Below, piece by piece: positions 1-13,192 of a stretch of DNA of 64,000 nt (positions within the stretch are counted from its first letter, which is position 1; every line of letters starts with the position of its first letter). A program made the translations under genes and the position numbers. Under the pieces are notes generated by a model. It was given only the letters and a program-made list of their open reading frames with translations. It ran no database searches and was not told the DNA's origin. The DNA is from Octopus vulgaris (lineage: Eukaryota): the NCBI GenBank assembly GCA_951406725.2, contig OX597818.1:98146001-98210000 (forward strand), read 5' to 3'.

Positions 1-144
1 TAATCCAATAATGCTAATGCCACCAAAATCCTATTGTACTGTAGCTAGTAACCCAATAAGAAAATTTTAAAATATTCCATCTTGATCCAATTGAATATAA
101 AACCCTAATACGAAATAAACTTAAGTGTGTATACGTGTGAGAAC

Positions 145-302
145 GACGTGGCTGTGTGGTAAGAAGCTTGGTTCCCAACCACATGGTCCCGGGTTCAATC
201 CCACTGTGTGGCACCTTGGGCAAGTGTCTTTTATTATAGCCTCGGGCCAACCAACCAATGCCTTCTGAGTGGATTTGGTAGACGGAAACTGATAGAAACC
301 CG

Positions 303-383
<81 letters not shown>

Positions 384-580
384 TGTATGTATGTATGTAT
401 GTATGTATATGTGTCGTTGTGTCTGTGTTTACGTCCCCGTAACGTAACCGTTCAGCAAAAGAGACCGATAGAATAAGCACACGGCTTAAAAAATAAGTCA
501 TGGGGTCGATTCTTCGACTAAAACCCCGCGAGAAGGGGCTTCAGCATGGCTGTAGTCAAATGACTCAAACAAATAAAAGA
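145..580 (+). mobile_element. tRNA-derived CORE-type SINE (family A, the dominant SINE of the window) with internal (TA)n/(TATG)n microsatellite
   Basis: Pol III A-box-like TGGCTGTGTGGTAAG, B-box GGTTCAATCCC, CORE-like GGCACCTTGGGCAAGTGTCTT, internal microsatellite and AAAAGA-type tail; the same sequence recurs more than 20 times in the window. Confidence 0.85.
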
Positions 581-605
581 AAAAAACAATATAATATATA
601 TTATG

Positions 606-1003
606 GGCGCTGGAGTGGCTGTGTGGTAAGTAGCTAGCTTACCAACTGCATGGTTCTGGGCTCAGTCCCACTGCGCGGCACCTTGGGCAAATATTTTCTA
701 CTATAGCCTCGGGCCGACCAAAGCCGTGTGAGTGGATTTGGTAGAGGGAAACTGGAAGAAACCCATCATATACATATACGTGTGTGCTTCTGTATGTATA
801 TGTTTGTGTATCTGTGTTTTTCCCCCTACCATCGCTTGACAACTGATGCTGGTGTATTTACGTCCCCGTAACTTAGCGGTTCGGAAAAAAAGACCAATAG
901 AATAAGTACTAAGCTTACAAAGAATAAGTCCTGGGGTCGATTTGTTCGACTAAAGGCGGTGCTCCAGCATGACCACAGTCAAATGACTGAAACAAATAAA
1001 AGA
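606..1003 (+). mobile_element. SINE family A, full-length copy
   Basis: Colinear with 145-580 and 6153-6622. Confidence 0.85.
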
Positions 1004-1020
1004 ATATATATATATATATA

Positions 1021-1229
1021 TAGTTAATCCAAACAAGGAAGCACACAAAAAAAACACAACGCAAGGACTTGGAACAAATATAGTATTATTGGACGCTCAG
1101 TAAAGAAGGAAAGAAGGGGGGTTCAACGTTTCGAGCGGAGCTCTTGGTCGGAAACATAGGAGAAGGAAAGATCCAGAGAAGAGAAGACAGAGGGAAAAAA
1201 TCGCCAACGATACACACGCGGTCACATTT
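1021..1229 (-). mobile_element. Non-coding Penelope-like/retrozyme element (family H1) with degenerate hammerhead
   Basis: Reverse complement of 23080-23290; minus strand reads GTTT CCGACCA AGAGC TCC GCTC GAAAC GTT GAAC (1155-1121); flanked by (TA)n. Confidence 0.65.
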
Positions 1230-1266
1230 TGAATATATATATATATATATATACATACATGCATAT

Positions 1267-1375
1267 GTTTTGCTTCAGCAATACATGTGTACTAAAATTT
1301 GGAGGGATATAGAATAGTTTAGCATGACCCTTGCGCAAGGGTGACATGCAAATACGTGAAGTGTTCCATATTTTT
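1267..1375 (+). pseudogene. U6: U6 snRNA pseudogene (full length, diverged)
   Basis: GTTTTGCTTCAGCAATACATGTGTACTAAAATTTGGAGGGATATAGAATAGTTTAGCATGACCCTTGCGCAAGGGTGACATGCAAATACGTGAAGTGTTCCATATTTTT aligns end to end with canonical U6; ACAGAGA box mutated; upstream is microsatellite rather than PSE/TATA. Confidence 0.9.
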
Positions 1376-1494
1376 GACTTTGTGAATATTTTATCTCATC
1401 AATCATAAATATTTATCATTCAAAATTTAACAAAGAAATATAAATAATGCGGAAAAGAAAGGCATAGTCAGTCATTGGTTGACATAGTTTATTA

Positions 1495-2262
1495 AGGATT
1501 TCTTCTCCTTTCCAATTTTAGCCGCTTGAAATATTTCGTTGAGTGACATCCCGCAGTCTGCACGCATCATACGGTAGTAAATCATTCTTGGTAATTTCCT
1601 CTTTCACTTTTCCCCTTGTAGGGTGTTAAGCAGCAGGCGTGTTGCATTTGGTCACCAATCTATCTCAGCCGGCGTTCCTATCATCCTTGTACTCTTTTGC
1701 TTTTCGTCAGCCATTTGTATCATTCCAATGTATCACTGGAAACGTGGTCGTTATAGCATATCTGATATACTTTCCCTCAGGTTTCTTGTGTGGAAAGTGT
1801 TCACCATTGCAACGTGACGATTCGTTCATGTTACCCTTGTTTCGCATCCGTATCTAAAAATGGGAATGTGTTGAGTTGATGTCAGACGATCAAAGGTGTT
1901 GAAGCTCCACAAACCACTCTCCTTCTGTCTATGATGTCGCTGTTTGAGTTGTGAGAGAGATCAGTTAATTCAAGGTAAGTGAATTAAGCAACTCTGGATA
2001 GCTGCTTTCCATTTGTCAGGACGCCAGTTGTTTTGTCTGTGTTTATATTAACGGTGATGTAATCTGCTTTCAATTCCTTCATTACTAGCCCCATATTCTT
2101 TGCTTCACGCGTGACACGATCCAAGTAGTACTGCGCTTCTATGAGTTTAGGAGCAAAGAGGACAATATCATTTGTAAATGCGAGACAGGCCAACGTATGT
2201 GACTCTGATATGCGAATTCCATCCTCTGTAGCGGTTACAGCTTTCATCACATGAACCATAAA
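1495..2262 (-). mobile_element. Degenerate non-LTR retrotransposon reverse transcriptase C-terminal fragment (RTE-like)
   Basis: ORF 1984-2274 contains LAFTNDIVLFA (degenerate FADD) and EAKNMGLVMKELKADYI; downstream minus-strand frames give PIFRYGCET and NTFHTRNLR (LxYGxETW / FHxRCLR-like), with stops and frameshifts. Confidence 0.65.
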
Positions 2263-2664
2263 CCCAAGCTGCAAAGTTCAACCCTCACCTCAAGGCGGTA
2301 CAGCTGATAGAAACGCTGGGGCGAATTCCTAGTTGGCTAACGAAGGCTCTGGTGAAGAGAGCAGGACTAATTACCAGATATTGGATTCTTGCTGATTACG
2401 AAAGAAAAACAAGGTTAGATCAAACATTAGTGGTTACATCAGAACAGACACGAACTAGTCAGCATGAAGCTATCACACCAAAGCCATTTCAGACATGTTA
2501 ATGCGGATGTATTCAGAATGAGGCTGGTCACATTTATTTTCTCTACTTATAATGTTTCATCTCATTATATATATATTCCTGGGCATTTACCTTCTTATAT
2601 TTTTCACTACAATTCACATAGGTAAAAGTCACTTGTATGATGCATTTACACATATATATATGTG

Positions 2665-2735
<71 letters not shown>

Positions 2736-3114
2736 ATATATATATTATAAATAAATATATATTATATATTTATTCTTTTGTTCTCTTATTCTTTTAATTG
2801 TTTCAGTCAGTTTGACTGCGGCCATGCTGGAGTACTGCCTTAAAGAGTTTCAGTAGAACAAATCGACCACAAGACTTATTCTTTGTAAGCCTAGAAGTTA
2901 TTTTATATATATATTCATTTTTAGGTTAACCAGGCTACCATGGGAGAGATATCTCTTAGCAATTATCAAGACTGTCATGTGGAAGTTGGTGTTCGTCTCC
3001 TTGGTGGATGAAAACATCCAAGTTAGAGACGAAAACCAACGAGTTGATAATTGTAAGTGATATCCCACTTATGAATCTGATGGCAGGTATATTACCTACA
3101 AGGTAATATATTAC

Positions 3115-3556
3115 CTTGGACTAACTTCTAGCTGTTTTGCAATGTCTGAAGCCTTCGAACGGGGTTCGTTTTCCACAATTCTCTTCAAACATCGAAGCTT
3201 CATTTCCGAGATCCCGGGTCGGCAGGGGCGAGAATCTGTTGATTCTTTTCCTTGGCTTTTGAATTGCACTGTAATTCTATTAACAGTAGCAAGAGAAATT
3301 TGAAGATTTTTGGCAATTTTTCGCTGGCTAAGACCAGCTTCAGATTGCCCAACAATACGACCTATTTGAAAATCTGACAGTTCTGCTGAATTTTTTTGCG
3401 CGTGGCATGGTTACTCTTCGCAAATGTTTAATACAATGGCACCTGGAATGAAAAAGAATAATTACATTGTAAATTCTACACCGCTGAAAACATATTAAGA
3501 TGCTTAGATCAGAAATTTTGAAAATCAAAGGTGTCTATTTACTTCCTGCATGTCTG
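3115..3556 (-). mobile_element. Tc1-like transposon 5' end with N-terminal HTH transposase fragment
   Basis: Minus strand: MPRAKK (ATG at 3408), then LSDFQIGRIVGQSEAGLSQRKIAKNLQISLATVNRI...RPCRPG...RIVENEPRSKASDIA; terminus TA|CAGACATGCAGGAAGTAAATAGACAC. Confidence 0.75.
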
Positions 3557-3567
3557 TATATATACAT

Positions 3568-3642
<75 letters not shown>

Positions 3643-3924
3643 CACATACATGCATGCACATTTATTCATACACATACACACATAAACTCTGACACGCAAG
3701 CATATTTGTATCTATAAATATGATAGCTTCAATGTAACCCGAATTCGAATAATCCAAAAAACATACAATAACTGGGTTTCACCCTAAATATCTTTCACCG
3801 AAGAAAAAAACAGAAATATTGGGTACAGGGAACCCTCTCAAAACAAATCGACGTCTCTCTCTCTCTCTCTCTGTCTCTCACTCTTTCTCTCTCTTTCCCT
3901 CTCTACTCTCTTTCCTTCTCTTTC

Positions 3925-4106
3925 TACACGCGTGTATGTATGCTTGTATGCATGTATATGTATGTATAAATGTGTGTTCATGTATGTATGTATGTATGTA
4001 TGTATGTATGTATGTATGTATGTATGTATGTATGCATGCATGTATGTATGTATGCATGTATGCATGTATGTATGTGTGTGTGTGTATGTATGTATGTATG
4101 TATGTA

Positions 4107-4137
<31 letters not shown>

Positions 4138-4186
4138 ATGTATGTATGTATGTATGCATGCATGTATGTATGTATGTATGCATGCA

Positions 4187-4217
<31 letters not shown>

Positions 4218-4259
4218 ATGTATGTATGCATGTATGTATGTATGTACGTATGTGTGTAC

Positions 4260-4290
<31 letters not shown>

Positions 4291-4365
4291 TGTATGTATG
4301 TATGTATGTATGTATGCATGCATGCATGTATGTGTGTGTGTGTATGTATGTATGTATGTATGTGT
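3925..4365. repeat. Compound (TATG)n/(TG)n microsatellite
   Basis: Direct reading; source of the spurious MYVC/HTYI ORFs. Confidence 0.95.
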
Positions 4366-4908
4366 AATGAAAGCGAGCGCGGTCTTAAAAAAAGATAAGA
4401 AACAGGCGATAAAGTTAAGCAACAGAACAAAAATGCTGAGCAAACATGGAGTAAAAAGGAGGATACGAATAATATATCCTCGAACATGTGTATGACCGCT
4501 GATAAATATAATATAAATAAACAATCTCCTTGATAACAGCTTGGAATTATGTGTTCATTACAGATTGTACATGTATTCCTGTCTGCAATTTTAATACTAT
4601 ATTGTATGATGTGTTTATTGTAAATATGACATCCAAATGAAAATAGAATTATGACATAATCAGCTTGAAATTTTACTTATGACTTAACAATAACTCGGTT
4701 AACGTTTAGTTTATGTTGTTTTATCGTTTACTGCGTCACAAAAATGGCGGTCTTTTACTATGGCGATGAGTAGCAGCGTATTCTTAAAGTTTAATTTTAT
4801 TTCTTTACATATTTCTGTCTTTCTTTTTACTGTTAACATCTCGCTTCCTAAATTGGTTACCTATTCATCTACGTCTCTACCGATAATAGGTTCTCAACCT
4901 TTTTCGTG

Positions 4909-4993
<85 letters not shown>

Positions 4994-5050
4994 CGGAGAA
5001 GTACTTGCATAGCAAGTGACCTGATTTGAGATCGTGTGCTGGAACGACAA

Positions 5051-5333
<283 letters not shown>

Positions 5334-5488
5334 TGTATTGTGTGTGTGTGTGTGTGTGTGTGTATCTATGAATGCATTTATTTCTGTCTCACCAAGCATC
5401 ATTAGCACAACCATCCGATCGATGGTCATGAATCTTCAGTAGTGTTTATCCGTGCTGTTTAGCATTTTATATATGTACCTCATTTCCT

Positions 5489-5795
5489 GTGGAGGCACAT
5501 GGCCTAGTGGTTAGAGAATCTGACTCGCGGTCGAGGGATCGCGGGTTCGAATATCAAACCGGGCGATATGTGTGTTTATGAGCGAAACACCTAAATTCCA
5601 CGCGGTTCCTGCAGAAGGTAATGGCGAACTTCTGCTGACTCTTTCGCAACAACTTTCTTTCACTCTTTCCTCCTGCATCTAGCAGCTCACCTGTGACGGA
5701 TCGGCGTCCCGTCCAGAAGGGGAACCTATACGCCAAGGAAACCGTGAAACCGGCCCTTATGAACCAGGCATGATTCGAAAAGGAAAAAACAAACC
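5489..5795 (+). mobile_element. tRNA-derived SINE (family B type)
   Basis: A box TGGCCTAGTGG, B box GGTTCGAAT; 3' part shares TACGCCA..GAAAC.G.GAAACCGG...ATGA with 17947-18170 and 39885-40112. Confidence 0.75.
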
Positions 5796-6152
5796 TTATT
5801 TCCTATTTACAGATGCAATCTGGTGTGCATACGCATGCGCACACACATACACTCGTCATTCACGAATAGGAAGGGGCAATAATATATACCAATGATAACT
5901 GGTGCACTTGGTTTTATGAGTAAATATTTGAATGATAAATACCTGGATAAGCTTGGGTTTGATAAAAATACAATCTGTAAGTGCAAATATAATCTGTAAT
6001 TGGAAGAACAAAAATATACAAGAGTTTTTCAAATTCAAAATTTGTATTTGTTTTTGTTATCTACATTTCAAACGATGGAGGTTCGTATCTTTGTGAGAAA
6101 CAATTTTTTTCTTTCTTTGCAGGAAGATTTCAAATATTTAAAAATAGAAGTG

Positions 6153-6622
<470 letters not shown>

Positions 6623-6682
6623 TAAAAATGAGTATACATACATATCTGTGTGCATATGTGTGCGTATGAGTGTACATACACA

Positions 6683-6741
<59 letters not shown>

Positions 6742-7076
6742 GTAGCATATTTCATGCTTACGTTTGATGTCTTATGTGACGACTAGATAGTGACGATTAG
6801 ATATAGACACCTTCCTAGTACTTTCTGACTCGACCCAGCGGCCTAACCAGGATGTGACTGCTGAAGGTAGAGAAAGGTGCACCAGTATACAGCTGGTACT
6901 CATTTCAGCCGAGTAAATTTGCGCGTGTATGATAAAGTGCCTTGACAAAACGGCAACGTACTGCCTGATCTAGGGAGCGAATGTACAAAGTTTTGATGAG
7001 TAAGACATCACACCCACTATCGCACGCCGTAGTATACGTGTTTGTGTGTGTGTTTGTTTACAAGCGTGTGTGCACG

Positions 7077-7160
<84 letters not shown>

Positions 7161-7358
7161 TACATACACACATATATATAGGTATACGTATATATATACA
7201 TGCACACATGCATACAGACGTACATGCACACACACACACACACATATAGATAGATATAGATACATGTGCTCAATATATACATGCATACATATATCCATTC
7301 ATACGTGTATTCACAAACATGCATACATACTTATGCACATACACTAACATATAAAGTA

Positions 7359-7398
<40 letters not shown>

Positions 7399-8251
7399 CA
7401 TTTTATGATATACGTATAAGGAAATATATATTAAAAAAAAATGGAGTCCTGTACTTAAATACCTTCATCATTTCGTATGAGGAGATATTTTGGAGAAGTT
7501 ATTTTAAATAGATGAAACTCGAGATGAATCTTGAAATAGCAGGAAAAATAAACGTGGGTGTGTAAAGCAAATAATCTCAGTTATAATTAGTACACTCTGA
7601 GTTTGATAACATCTGCATGTTTTTTATCTTACGCACTGTGATATATTTTACGAAGGTTGGGTGATAGGCGGCCATGTTTCAAATAATTTTTTTAATATCA
7701 TAAGGATCCTTTGTTGTGTCTATGGAGAATCATTAGGCCAACATTAACACACGCACTGGTTCAATTCCACTCCTTTATTATTAGTCAATTGGCTAAATAC
7801 CTAACAAATCGATTGTTTGTTTAACAGTAAGTCGCTTGTTTTGTTTATCTGTTTTTCTTTTCTTGTCAAAGCTCTTTCGTTGCTCTTTGCAACAACCTTT
7901 TCATTGACTTTTCTATTGATCCGATACGGAGGCCGTGTTTGCCTCTCTGAGATCCTGTAGCGTGCGTGTGCGTACATGTTAAAGAAACAATCGACTAGTT
8001 AGTTGAATATTTAATCAGTCGACTAAAGTAGTGGAATTGGACTAATGCATGCGGTAATAATATTGGCATAAGGACTCTCTCTAGACACAACAAAATCTAT
8101 TTCAACACCCGAATTCACATAACTAATCTTGCAAACCAGATACAAAGAGCGGTATCTTAAGGCTCGATTTAGGATAAATTATTTCAACACCAGATTAAAT
8201 GATTACATATTGTCCTTTTAAGTTCTAGATTCAAAGATTCTGAATTTATTA

Positions 8252-8668
8252 AGGCGCAGGCATGTTTCTGTGGTAAGAATTTTGCTTCCTAATCGCATGG
8301 TTTCGGGTTCCGTCCCGCTGCGTGGCACCTTGAGTATCTTCTTCTATCGCTTCAGGCTGACCAAAGCCTTGTAAGTGGATCTGGTAGACGGAAACTGAAA
8401 GAACCCCATCGTAAATACATATTATGCGTATGTGTATGAGTGTGTTTGCGTATGTGTATGAGTGAATATGCATGTGTGTATGTGCTTTCATGTGAATGCT
8501 TCTCCCCACCCACTGCTCGACAACCGGTGGTGGTGTGTTTGCGGTCTCATAACCTAGAAGTTCTGCACAGAGACCGATAGGATATGTACCAGACACTTAA
8601 AAAAAGAGGTTCTGGTGTCGATTTATTCGACTAAACCCTTCAAGACTGTGCTCCAGCATGGCCTCAGT
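8252..8668 (+). mobile_element. SINE family A, diverged copy
   Basis: Colinear with 6153-6622. Confidence 0.8.
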
Positions 8669-8763
8669 TTCTTCATCATATATATTTATGATGGTTTGTG
8701 CTCTCTAGATATTCCAGGGGCAGATTTAACGAAAAGATAACAGAGCAACGGCCTAAATATTGA

Positions 8764-9154
8764 TTTCAGGTTTTGAAACAGGCCAACAATTTTCATGGCT
8801 GGAGGTAAGTCGATTATAAGGACCTCAGAGTTTAACTGCTACTTATTTTATCGACCTCGAGAGGAGGAAAGGCAATGTCGACCTTGGTAGCATTTGAACC
8901 CAGAACGCAAAGAAGAACGAAATGCTGCTAAGTATATTGCCCAGCTTGCTTACGCTTCTTATTTCTTTATTGCCCACAAGGAACTAAACATAGAGGGGAC
9001 AAATAAGGACAGACAAAAGGATTATGTCGATTACATCGACCCCCGTGGGTAACTGGTATTTAATTTATCGACCCCGAAAGACTGAAAGTCAAAATCGACC
9101 TCAGCTAGGCATTTCGCCCGGCGTGCTTAACGTTTCTGCCAGCTCGTCGCCTTT
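8764..9154 (-). mobile_element. SINE family C dimer with ~18-bp TSD
   Basis: Two tandem family-C units; flanks CAACGGCCTAAATATTGA (8746-8763) and CAGCGGCCTAGATATTGA (9155-9172). Confidence 0.75.
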
Positions 9155-9418
9155 CAGCGGCCTAGATATTGAACGCTTGCTTAAGTTTCGTCATTTTGAG
9201 ATCTAAAATCAGGTCCCTGCTTGGTTTTTTATTCTCTGTCTCAAATGTAATAAGATAGATACCAGTAATACGTTGTGGTCAGTTCAACGTCAACACAAAT
9301 TGATCTTGTGACAACATAGATTAGTTTATTATGTACTTTCTTTCTTTGCTTTGTTTTCGTTCTTGCTCTCCTTTTGTCTTTCTGTTTCTTTCTTTCTCTT
9401 TCTTCACTTCTTTTCTCC

Positions 9419-9524
<106 letters not shown>

Positions 9525-9559
9525 AGAGTTACTTACTTGCAAATAAATGTGCTAACATG

Positions 9560-9838
9560 TGACATTTTTGACCGATGTTACCGTGGTCTTTTCCGTAGGC
9601 TTTTCTTTCCACTGATAAACCTTATCTGCTTCCCCCTTAACACTTTACATTATGACATTTCTGTGATACACGATCCCTATTGATCGATTTTTTTCTTTCT
9701 CTTTACGATCCCTTTTGATCGAAAACCTACCCCCTTTTTATTTTTCGTTTTCTTTTCATTTTTTTTCTTCCCCAAAAGAAAAGCTCTACTTTGTAATTTG
9801 TTCCCTGTGTTCAGCCCTGTGTGGCTAATAAAGAAACA

Positions 9839-9925
<87 letters not shown>
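9560..9925 (+). mobile_element. Probable LINE 3' end with (TCTA)n tail, sharing its terminus with SINE family C
   Basis: Ends CTGTGTTCAGCCCTGTGTGGCTAATAAAGAAACATA(TCTA)n; SINE C tail is CTGTGTTTAGCCCTTGTGGGTAGTAAAGAAATA. Confidence 0.5.
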
Positions 9926-10394
9926 TTCTTCCTTCCTTCTTTTCTTCCTTTTCTTATATTTTAGTCGAAGTTTTTTTTTCACTCGCAGTAAATATTTTCG
10001 AGTAGCATTCGTAAACAGAACGTCGTTGATTGGTCATTTTTAGTGTGACGTCACACAGTTTGAAAGCTCCTGTGTCGGGGGAGTGGGAGTGGTGTTGAGG
10101 TGCAGTATATTAAACGACCGAGTGCAAAAATCTGTGTGTGAGTATGTGTGTGTGCGTATATGTATGTGTATATATGTATGTGTGTATGTACATATGTGAG
10201 TGTATATGATTGGGTGGGTAAGATGGAAATTAGAGGGAGAAGGGGAAAGAGAAGAAACAAAATAAATGGCAACGGTGACAAAAAAAGGAGACTATCATAC
10301 ATACACACACGCACACACACACGTATACACATACGTATACACACACACGTATACACACATCCTTACGCACATATATATACGCACACATATACAG

Positions 10395-10552
10395 TACTGC
10401 TACTACTACAACTAGTAGTAGTAGTAGTAGTGGTAGTAGTAGTAGTAGTAGTAGTAGTAGAAATGGTGATGGTGGTGGTGATGATAATGATGGCAGCGGT
10501 CGTTGTGACGTGGTAACATGATAGCAGGAGGAGGAGATGGTAATGATGGTGG

Positions 10553-10601
<49 letters not shown>

Positions 10602-13130
10602 GAAGAAGAAGAAGAAGAAGAAGAAGAAGAAGAAGAAGAAGAAGAAGAAGGAGGAGGAGGAGGAGGAGGTTGTGCTGTAGTGGGAGTAGGAGTAAGAGTA
10701 GGAGGAGAAGGTGTTGCACTGGTTCTGTCTTCATACGTAACAGTCATTCAACCAATAAATAGCGTTGCTGATGTTCCTGTTATTACGCCGACATTTTGTG
10801 GCTATTGTTTTTGTTACTGCAGTTGTTGTTATCGCTTTTGTGGCTGCTGTTGTTGTTGTTATTATTGCTTTCCTTGTTGCTGCAGTTGTTGTTGTTGTTG
10901 TTAATGTTGTTGTTTTTGTTGCAGTTGTTGTTTTCTATCGTAGTCAGAGAAAGAGTAATTGTGATGGCGGTTATTAATGCTGCCGTTGTTGTTGTTGCTG
11001 TTGCTGCAGTTGTTGTTGTTGTCGTTGTTGTTGTTGTTGGAGGTTGTGGTGGTGGTGATTGTGATGGTATCGTTGCCTTTGGTAGAAACAGTAAGAGCAA
11101 ACCTTAGTATGATGTTTGTCGTACTAAAGGAGTTGGTACGAGCGTTGGTGGTGATGATGGTGGTGGAGGTAGTGGTGGTGGTGGTGGTGGTGATGGTAGT
11201 GTTGGTGCTGGTTGTGGTGATGGTGGTGGTGGTTATGGTAGTGATGGTAGTGTTGGTGTCGGTGGTGGTAGTGGTGGTGGTGATGGTGGTGGTGGTTATG
11301 GTGGTGATGGTAGCGTTGGTGTTGGTGGTGGTAGTGGTGGTGGTGGTGGTGGTAGTGGTGGGGGTGGTGATGGTGGTTGTGGTGCTGGAGGTGGTGGTAT
11401 GGTGGTGATGTTCGCGATAATAGTGGTGCAGATGGTATTCAAGGACGTGGTGGGACTGGGGTTGGTGATGAAGGCATTGGTGGTGGTTGTGGTGGTGTTA
11501 CTAATGATAAATGGTTGTGATAGTAGTAGTTGCAGTAAGAGTGGTACGAATGATAAAGATGATGATAATGATAATAATGACGATGATGCTGATGATTGTG
11601 GCGTTGGCAGAGGTTGTGCAGGTACTGTTGCTGTAGTGGTGCTGAGTGTATTGGTCGTGGTAGCGGTGGTTGTGGTTGGAGGCTGCGGTGGTTGTGGTAG
11701 TGGCGGAGAGTGTAGGTTTAGTGGTAGTTGTGGTTGTCAAAGTTGTGGTCGTGGCAGTCGAGTGTTAGAAATTGTGGTGTTGGCAATGGTGTGTGGTGAG
11801 ATAACGGTTGGAATGGTGGCAGTTGCCATGATAGTACACGTGTTGCTTGCATCGGTGTAAGTAATATGAAAAAGGTGGTGGTGGTGGTGTGGTGGTGGTG
11901 GTGGATTCGGAAGTGGTGAAGATATTTGTGATGATGATGATGGTGATGATGATGATAATAAGGATGGTGGTGGTAGTGGTGGTGGAGGTAGTGGTGGTGG
12001 TAGTGTGGTGGTGGTGGTGGTGGTGGTGATGATGATGATGATGATGCCAATAGTATTTGTGATGGTAGTGCTGGAGGGGTGCTGCTAGTGGTATTTGTAA
12101 TGGTTGTGGTATTACTTATGATGGCGTATGTGATAGTAGTGTTTGTGACGGTGGTGGTGTTGCTGATAGCTTATGAGATGGGGAGGGGTGATTTCGATGG
12201 TGTTTGTGGTGATGCTGTCATTATCAATAGTGGTAGTGTTTGTGGTGGTGGTGGTAGTCGAATCGTGGTGGTGGTGTGTCTAGTAATGATGGTGGTGAGG
12301 GTAATGTTTGTAGTGGTATCTGTGGTAGTGCAGGTGGTGGTAAAGGTGTTTGTGTTGGTGATGTTTGTAGTGATGGTGGTGGTGGTAGTGGTGTCGTGGT
12401 GGTGGTGGTAGTAGTGTTTGCGGTGGTGGTTGTAGTGATGGTGGTGATGTTGGTGGTGGTAGTGGTGTTTGCGGTGGTGTTTGTAGTGATTGTGGTGGTG
12501 GTGGTGGTTTCGTGTTGGTGGTGATAGTGGTGTTTGCGGTGATGTTTGTAGTGATGGTGGTGGTGTTAGTGGTGTCGTGGTGGTGGTGGTGGTAGTGGTG
12601 TTTGCGGTGGTGTTTGTAGTGATGGTGGTGGTGGTAGTGGTGTTTGCGGTGGTGTTTGTAGTGATGGTGGTGGTGTTGGTGGTATTGTGGTGGTGGTGTT
12701 TGCGGCCGTGTTTGTGGTAGTTGTGGTGGTGGTGGTGATGGTATGGTAATGGTATTTGTGGTGTTATTGGTAATATTTGTGGTGGTGGCGGTAATGATGT
12801 TTGTGATGCTGGTGATGTTGTTGATCGCTATTTTTTACGATGGTGATGTTTCTTGTGATGGTGTTTGTAACAGTGGTGGTGTTACGAGTAGTGGTGCTGC
12901 TTGTGATGGCGTCGGTGTTTGTGGGAGTGTTGTTGTTTCTAACAGCGTTCCAGATTTTAGAGTTTGTTGATGAGGATGACGTTGCTGTTAAGTTGTTGAT
13001 GTCACAGCTGCAACCGTAAGGGCAGATATGATGGTGATAGAAATAGTTGGTGCTAATTGAGTCTATTTTCTGATAATGGTCTTAAGATTTCGGTGATGTT
13101 GTCACCATCAATATCGTTGTCGTCATCTTC
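10395..13130. repeat. ~2.7-kb G/T-rich degenerate trinucleotide field ((TAG)n, (GAT)n, (GAA)n, (GGA)n, (GTT)n, (GGT)n)
   Basis: Direct reading; strong G-over-C skew on the + strand; ORFs are homopolymer runs. Confidence 0.9.
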
Positions 13131-13192
13131 ATTGTGACCATTCTTGTTATCAACATAGCATGTGTTAATGTCAGAATTAGAAGCCATGCCAG

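Noticed and set aside
3819-4524. Long ORFs (149-228 aa) of MYVC/HTYI repeats, and similar ORFs at 42731-43291, 44890-45473, 49848-50301 and 61620-62102
   Set aside because: Translations of stop-free microsatellites, open in several frames on both strands
4730-4785. TGCGTCA plus AAAATGGCGG (CRE-half/YY1-like) as a promoter or start codon
   Set aside because: The ATG frame stops after 9 codons and there is no downstream exon; short motifs are insufficient
10363-12970. Poly-Val/Asp/Glu/His ORFs resembling membrane or acidic proteins
   Set aside because: Trinucleotide repeats open in many frames; no domain, splice or codon evidence
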